Shown here: positions 58,901-64,000 of the stretch, one piece after another
How the letters are laid out: each line of letters opens with the position of its first letter
Position numbering within the stretch: position 1 is the stretch's first letter
From: Mobula hypostoma
Taxonomy: Eukaryota
DNA: 64,000 bases
Assembly (NCBI RefSeq): GCF_963921235.1
Contig: NC_086101.1
Span: forward strand, 7,132,001-7,196,000
Direction: 5' to 3'
Notes under the pieces: model-generated
Told to the model about the DNA's origin: nothing
Database searches by the model: none
What the model saw: the letters and a program-made list of their open reading frames with translations, nothing else
Position numbers and translations under genes: made by a program

Positions 58901-61445
58901 TTATGATGACTTGGTGAAAATTTCTGGTGTAATGAACGGTCAACCTCAGTCAGTTGAGATCTGTGCTTTCTTTATTTCAGGAGGAAGCTTGCCGGAAGTC
59001 AAGGTAGGATATTGTCTATTCTGAAAATCTACATGGTTTTATGAAATAAGTCAGAAATTTCCTGTTCATTTTGAGACCAGCTGTTTAATATTCACAGGAT
59101 TAGTGAGAAATGTGTATTGCCAGAAGCAGTCGACGTGCTGCAGATCGCAAAATTCGACCATCCGTTTTTGCTTCACGCAGCATTGAGAGAAATGCTTGAC
59201 GCCATTAAGCAAGGTAAAACTGACCCTGTTAATTTTTGTCTGATTTATTGGTGGTCAGCGTTCAAAGTAAATGTATCATCAAAGTACGTAATTGTCACCA
59301 TATGCTACTGTGACATTCATGATGTCAGCAAATAACTGCAGAAGAAGGGCAAGTGAAATACAGAGGTTATTCTAGTCTCAAAGCCACCTGTAAGGAAGAA
59401 TCACTTTGAAACAGTCACGTTGAGATGTCAGGTCTATGGACACAACCAATCCAAGAACGCAGCTCCACCAATACAGCCCTATGTCTTCTATTCATTCACA
59501 ATATATAAAGCTCCAGGTACTTCATTTCAAATGCTGCAGCCGCCGAGCAATTTAAGTCCAGTTAATTTACACACTGCGGACAAAACAAAAAGTTATTATC
59601 AATATGGTGACTGCAATTGTTATAAAAATGCCTGCGGATCACAGATGTTTTAGCAATGGACGTCTGCACACTTACTGCATCCCGTGTGTAGTCCCGCTGC
59701 TAGTTAACTCGCTTCTCTCCTCTGATGACCACAATAGCCTCCCAGCTGTTGTGAAATCACCCCCGTTATCATTCTAAAGGGAATTGTTAGACCACAGCCT
59801 GCATTGGCCACTGTAGCAGATCAACTGAAATTAATAAAGTCAACATAACGAAGTTCCCATCAAATTGCAAAGAAGGAGGATCAGCTTACTGAGGGCAAAC
59901 CCACGTTAATATCCACCCTTAGTACTGGAATCCACTGCTTTGATTTATATGTGGAAGCCACACACACACACCTGAGTCAACTCCACTGCCTGTTACACCA
60001 GTTGTAAAGTTGAGTGAAGTTATCTCCTTTGGTTCAGGAGCCTGATGGTTTAGGGGTAATAACTGTTCCTGAACCTGGTGGTTTGGGTCCTGAAACTCCT
60101 GTACCGTCTGCCTGATGGCAGCAGGGAGAAAGGAGCGTATCGTGGATGGTGGGGATCTCTGATGATGGATGCTGCTTTCCTGCAACAAAGCTTCATATAG
60201 ATGAGCTTAGTGGTGGGGAGGGCTTTACCCTTGAAGGACAATTAGGCCGACATGGTAATATTTACATGAATCTGCAGAAAGCCACTAGACTAACCACAAC
60301 TAGAGTAGTCAGAATGTTCCTAGAATGAGTATGCTTGGCTATGCCTGTACCTCAGGTTTTACCAGATTAAACTGAGAAAAAAAATTAATAAATAGGTAAG
60401 TACATAAGTAGGTGGACAGATAAATAAACACATAAACAAGGAAATAAATAACAAACAAGTAAATAAAGAGACCATGAGTTGTAGATTCTTGGAGAGTGAT
60501 CTGCTCCGAATGACAAAAACGATCACAAGAAATATTACCCCGACTGTACTCGAACGATGCCAACCTTTCTTTCCAACTGCGTCTTCAGTGTCAAATCATT
60601 CACTGCTTTCCCCTTCTGCTCTCCTCTGCTGTCCTACCTCATTCTCAGTCCCCTAGCACCACTTTCGTCTCGCCATCTCTGCTTTACAGATCAGAATGAA
60701 CATTGGCAGAGGTTTGTTGTCCATCTGACATAGTTAAGTGAATCTGACATAGTGAAGTGAAGCATAGTTAAGTTAAGTGAAGATAAGCATTTATGTCGGA
60801 TGCATGAATCTTCCCTGGTCCTATGGTCATGCTGCTCCAATCTCCATCTGATTCGCGCAGACTCTCTAATTGTCTACTTCTCTTGCCCACTCCCCAGACT
60901 CTGTGACCCTGGATATGGAAACCGTGGGTCCATGGCTCGAGGTATCTGAGGATCAGAAGAGCGTGAGATGGACCCAAAATTGCATCAGTCCTCCTGACAC
61001 TGGGAAGAGGTTTATAATCTGGCCCTGTGCTCTGGGATCGGAGGGATTTACGTCGGGGAGGCATTACTGGGAGGTGGAACTGGGGGAGAATTGGGGCTGG
61101 TGTCTGGGAGTTGCCGCGGAGTCCGTGGAGAGGAAGAGAGAGGTCAAAATGACAACTGTGAATGGCGTCTGGGTCATTGAGCGGGCTGGTGATGAGTTTC
61201 ATGCAAACACTTCTCCTCCGTCCCTCCTCCCTGTTGATCCATCCCTTGGGAGGCTGGGAATTTATCTCAGAATCGAGTCAGGGATACTTTCCTTTTATAA
61301 TGCAGAAACCAAGTCCCATCTCTACACCTTCACTGGGAATAAATTCACAGAGAAACTTTTTCCTTTCTTCTGGACTTGGGATGAAAACCAGTGGCTGACA
61401 ATCTGCTCCGGTTCCGCTCCTGATCTCTGCATTGAGCAAGCCTAG
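55505..61445 (+). CDS. TRIM-3, complete class IV TRIM E3 ligase (A33/nuclear factor 7/TRIM39-like), 473 aa: join(55505..55912,55989..56084,57461..57691,58981..59003,59098..59213,60898..61445)
   Basis: All introns GT-AG; 1422-nt open frame; RING, B-box2, coiled coil, PRY/SPRY. Confidence 0.93.
55989..56084 (+). CDS. TRIM-3 exon 2 (96 nt)
   Basis: TTTCAG acceptor, GTAAGG donor. Confidence 0.92.
56733..56960 (-). mobile_element. Small solo LTR (228 bp)
   Basis: TG...CA termini, exact 5-bp TSD GGGTA, AATAAA on the minus strand. Confidence 0.8.
57461..57691 (+). CDS. TRIM-3 exon 3 (231 nt, coiled coil)
   Basis: CGACAG acceptor, GTGAAC donor. Confidence 0.93.
57850..58230 (+). mobile_element. 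CR1 3' fragment
   Basis: Similar to 13570-13990. Confidence 0.78.
58981..59003 (+). CDS. TRIM-3 exon 4 (23 nt, EEACRKSR)
   Basis: TATTTCAG acceptor, GTAGGA donor. Confidence 0.9.
59098..59213 (+). CDS. TRIM-3 exon 5 (116 nt linker)
   Basis: TTCACAG acceptor, GTAAAA donor; ISEKCVLP...LDAIKQ. Confidence 0.9.
60000..60240 (-). mobile_element. Rex1/L2-type LINE 3' fragment
   Basis: [12 protein letters not shown]...[22 protein letters not shown]. Confidence 0.8.
60898..61445 (+). CDS. TRIM-3 exon 6, PRY/SPRY domain
   Basis: [34 protein letters not shown] acceptor; AATAAA at 61456. Confidence 0.95.
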
Positions 61446-61764
61446 TGAGCTTGAAAATAAAACCGGTCAACGGAAGGAAATGTAGAAAACAAATTAGAAT
61501 TGTCAATCCATTAACTTTCACACATACATAGCATCTGTCAATGGGAAATATTCTGCTGTGAAAATATAAAGACTGAGATGATCATTTTGTATTTCAAAAA
61601 TCAGCTTTATTGGTAAAAAGTCCACATATATGCAAGAAATATAAATCCAAATCAAAAACAGTGTATTTTTTTAACTTCTGTCGCGTGGTTGAGTGTATAA
61701 TTTGCAGTGTTATCGGTCCTATTCATTTGCAGTGCGAGCACAAGCCCTTGATGCACTTCTACAC

Positions 61765-61915
61765 CCATCTGACCAATTAACCTATTAACAGTCTGTCTTT
61801 GGACAGACTGTGGAAACTGGAGCACCCAGAGGAAACCCATGCGGTCACAGGGAGAACATACAAGCTCCTTATGGAGAGCACTGAGAATTCAAACCAAGTT
61901 GCTGGTACTGTGCCA
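61765..61915 (-). mobile_element. V-domain SINE fragment
   Basis: GGAAACTGGAGCACCCAGAGGAAACCCATGCGGTCACAGGGAGAAC. Confidence 0.75.
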
Positions 61916-62004
61916 CCACAAATGTGCATATTTTTTTGTATTCAAAATAAACTTTATTCAGAATAAGAATATTTATGAGAATAAACCGTGCAACTCTCTT
62001 CATT

Positions 62005-62610
62005 GGGCACGTGGCCAAGTGGTTAAGGCGTTCGTCTAGTGATCTGAAGGTCGCTAGTTCGAGCCTCAGCTGTGGCAGCGTGTTTGTGTCCTTGAGCAAG
62101 ACTCTTAACCACACATTGCTCTAGTGTCTGTGTGAGGAGTGGCGCCCCACACAGACTTCCAATCTGCGCTTTGTAAGGCATGAAAATGCCCGACACAGGC
62201 CTCTCATGGTCTGAGTCAACATTCCCTTCCCTCCCCCCACCCTTCATTCTTACAATCCTATTGTGTCACAACCAGAGGTTGTTTTCGGATAAGTATGTGC
62301 ATTGTGCGTGGCCAAATGGTTAAGGCATTCGTCTAGTGATTTGCAGGTCTCTAGTTCGAGCCTTGGCCAAGGCAGCGTGTGTGTCCTTGAGCAAGGCACT
62401 TAACCACACATTGCTCTGTGATGACACCGGTGCCAAGCTGTATGGGTCCTAATGCCCTTCGCTTGGACAATATCGGTGTCGTGGAGAGGGGAGACTTGCA
62501 GCATGGGCAACTGCTGGTCTTCCATACAACCCTGCCTAGGCCTGCGCCTTGGAAACCTTCCAAGGCGCAAATCCATGGTCTCATGAGACTTACGGATGCC
62601 TATATAAAAT
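62005..62610 (+). mobile_element. Two tRNA-derived SINEs with a CORE-like segment (62005-62225; 62305-62610)
   Basis: Box A TGGCCAAGTGG, box B AGTTCGAGCC, then GTGTCCTTGAGCAAGGCACTTAACC; the second ends in an A-rich tail. Confidence 0.78.
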
Positions 62611-62724
62611 AAATATGTGCATTGTATATTCTCAGTGTCACCTCATGGGTATGTTGAGTTTACCCTTTATGTCTAATTGTTTGTTTTTCGACTAGCTCTG
62701 GTTTTTCACTTTGTTTTGCAGATT

Positions 62725-63225
62725 TGAGTATCCTACAAACTTGGACCCAAAGATCTCTCTGACCCTCCACACTACCAATAGTCTTACCATTAATATTATA
62801 TCCTGTCTTCAAATTTGACCTACTGAAATGAACCATTCACACTTATCTGTGTTGAAGTCTATCTGCCACTTCTCAGCCCAGTTCTGCATCTTATCAATGT
62901 CCCGCTGTAACCTCTGACAACCCTCCACACTATCCACAACACCCCCAACCTTTGTGTCATCAGCAAACTTACTAACCCACCCTTCTACTTCCTCATCCAG
63001 GTCATTTATAAAAATCACAAAGAGGAGGAGCCCCAGAACAGATCCCTGTGGAACACCACTGGTCACCGACCTCCATGTAGAATATGTACCATCTACAACC
63101 ACCCTTTGACTTCTGTGGGCAAGTCAATTCTGAACCCTCTATGCAAGGTCTCCTTGGATTCCATGCCTCCTTACTTTCTGAAGGAGCCCTGCATGAGGAA
63201 GCTTATCAAATGCCTTACTGAAACC
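62725..63225 (-). mobile_element. CR1 RT fragment
   Basis: [20 protein letters not shown]. Confidence 0.88.
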
Positions 63226-63509
63226 AATCTAGGAAGTCTAAGGCCACTAAGCCTTGCATTCGTGGTAGAGGAATTATTGGAGAGAATTTTTTTGGGTGTG
63301 ATTTACTCGCATTTAGAAAAGCACGAATTGTTATGGACACTTAGCATTGCACTGTGGGGTGGAGGATGAATGTTATATCTCACCGTTTATTTGATGGTCA
63401 TTGGGGAGTTTCATAATGCAGAGTTTGTTGGCTGTGTGGAACTTGATCGGCATCAACCCACTGTCCACAGGGTTCCCGCCCCACAACCGTTGGGCTCTGG
63501 CCACCAAAC

Positions 63510-63970
63510 CCCAACACTTTCACAGATCCGGAGCTGATCCTTCGCCGGCTGTTTTCATCCATACAAAGTTCCTCCATGTTCCCAGTGAAGGGGATGTGAT
63601 TTGTTCTCGGCATTGTAAAAAGAAACTGTCCCAGACTCGTAACTGTGATAAACTCCCACACTCTGGGGGACAGGACCGGTAGGGAGACGGGACCGAGGGG
63701 AGGTGAGAACATAAAACCCATCATCACTCTGCCCGAGATGCCAGACTCCATCCTCCGATAAGATGGGCCACTCTTTCCCTCCCGTCTCCTCCACCGATTT
63801 TCCGACGTGTTCTCTTTCCAGTAATGGCTCCCCAATGTGAATCACTCCTATCTCAGCACACAAGCCAGGCTGTGAGCCTCCTCCCAGTGTCAGGGAGATT
63901 CCTCTGGGCTTTCGATCCTCTGTCACTTCCAACTCCAGATTCGCCGTTTCCACATCCGGGGTGGTGGAGA
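63510..63970 (-). pseudogene. Decayed TRIM PRY/SPRY terminal exon (TRIM-4 pseudogene; any upstream exons lie beyond the window)
   Basis: DVETANLELEV.ED, HYW, VGVYHSYESGTVSFYNAE.KSH pieces in shifting frames, with deletions; the acceptor position reads CTG instead of CAG. Confidence 0.88.
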
Positions 63971-64000
63971 CAGTGGGGAGAAGCAGATAATTAGAGAAGT

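Noticed and set aside
27419..61445. Specific gene symbols (TRIM39, TRIM35, TRIM69)
   Set aside because: Orthology within this expanded family cannot be assigned without a phylogeny.
62005..62080. tRNA gene
   Set aside because: Box A/B are present, but there is no proper acceptor stem or terminator; it runs into a SINE body and is duplicated at 62305.

Overview
Vertebrate, repeat-rich genomic DNA. The repeat landscape (CR1, Rex1/Babar-like, L1, Tx1, Penelope-like elements, V-domain SINEs) and the gene family suggest a cartilaginous fish, probably a ray (inference). The window holds a tandem cluster of class IV TRIM genes (RING-B-box2-coiled coil-PRY/SPRY; A33/nuclear factor 7/TRIM35-39-69-like). 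TRIM-1 (+) has exons 2-6 at 4866-18952, and its RING/B-box exon is not in the window. TRIM-2 (+, 27419-45134, 504 aa) and TRIM-3 (+, 55505-61445, 473 aa) are complete. A decayed PRY/SPRY exon lies on the minus strand at the right edge. Exon models were built by hand from GT-AG sites and give open, phase-consistent frames. Most other sequence is transposon-derived. The most interesting non-obvious signals are four: (i) minimal hammerhead ribozyme motifs in Penelope-like termini, several on the sense strand of TRIM-2; (ii) a ~4.6-kb 34-bp minisatellite that grew out of the V-domain of one SINE; (iii) two young inverted CR1 copies bracketing TRIM-2 exons 4-5; (iv) strongly diverged PRY/SPRY loops next to a homogenised B-box segment. 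I cannot show from sequence alone that any of this is a wholly new system.
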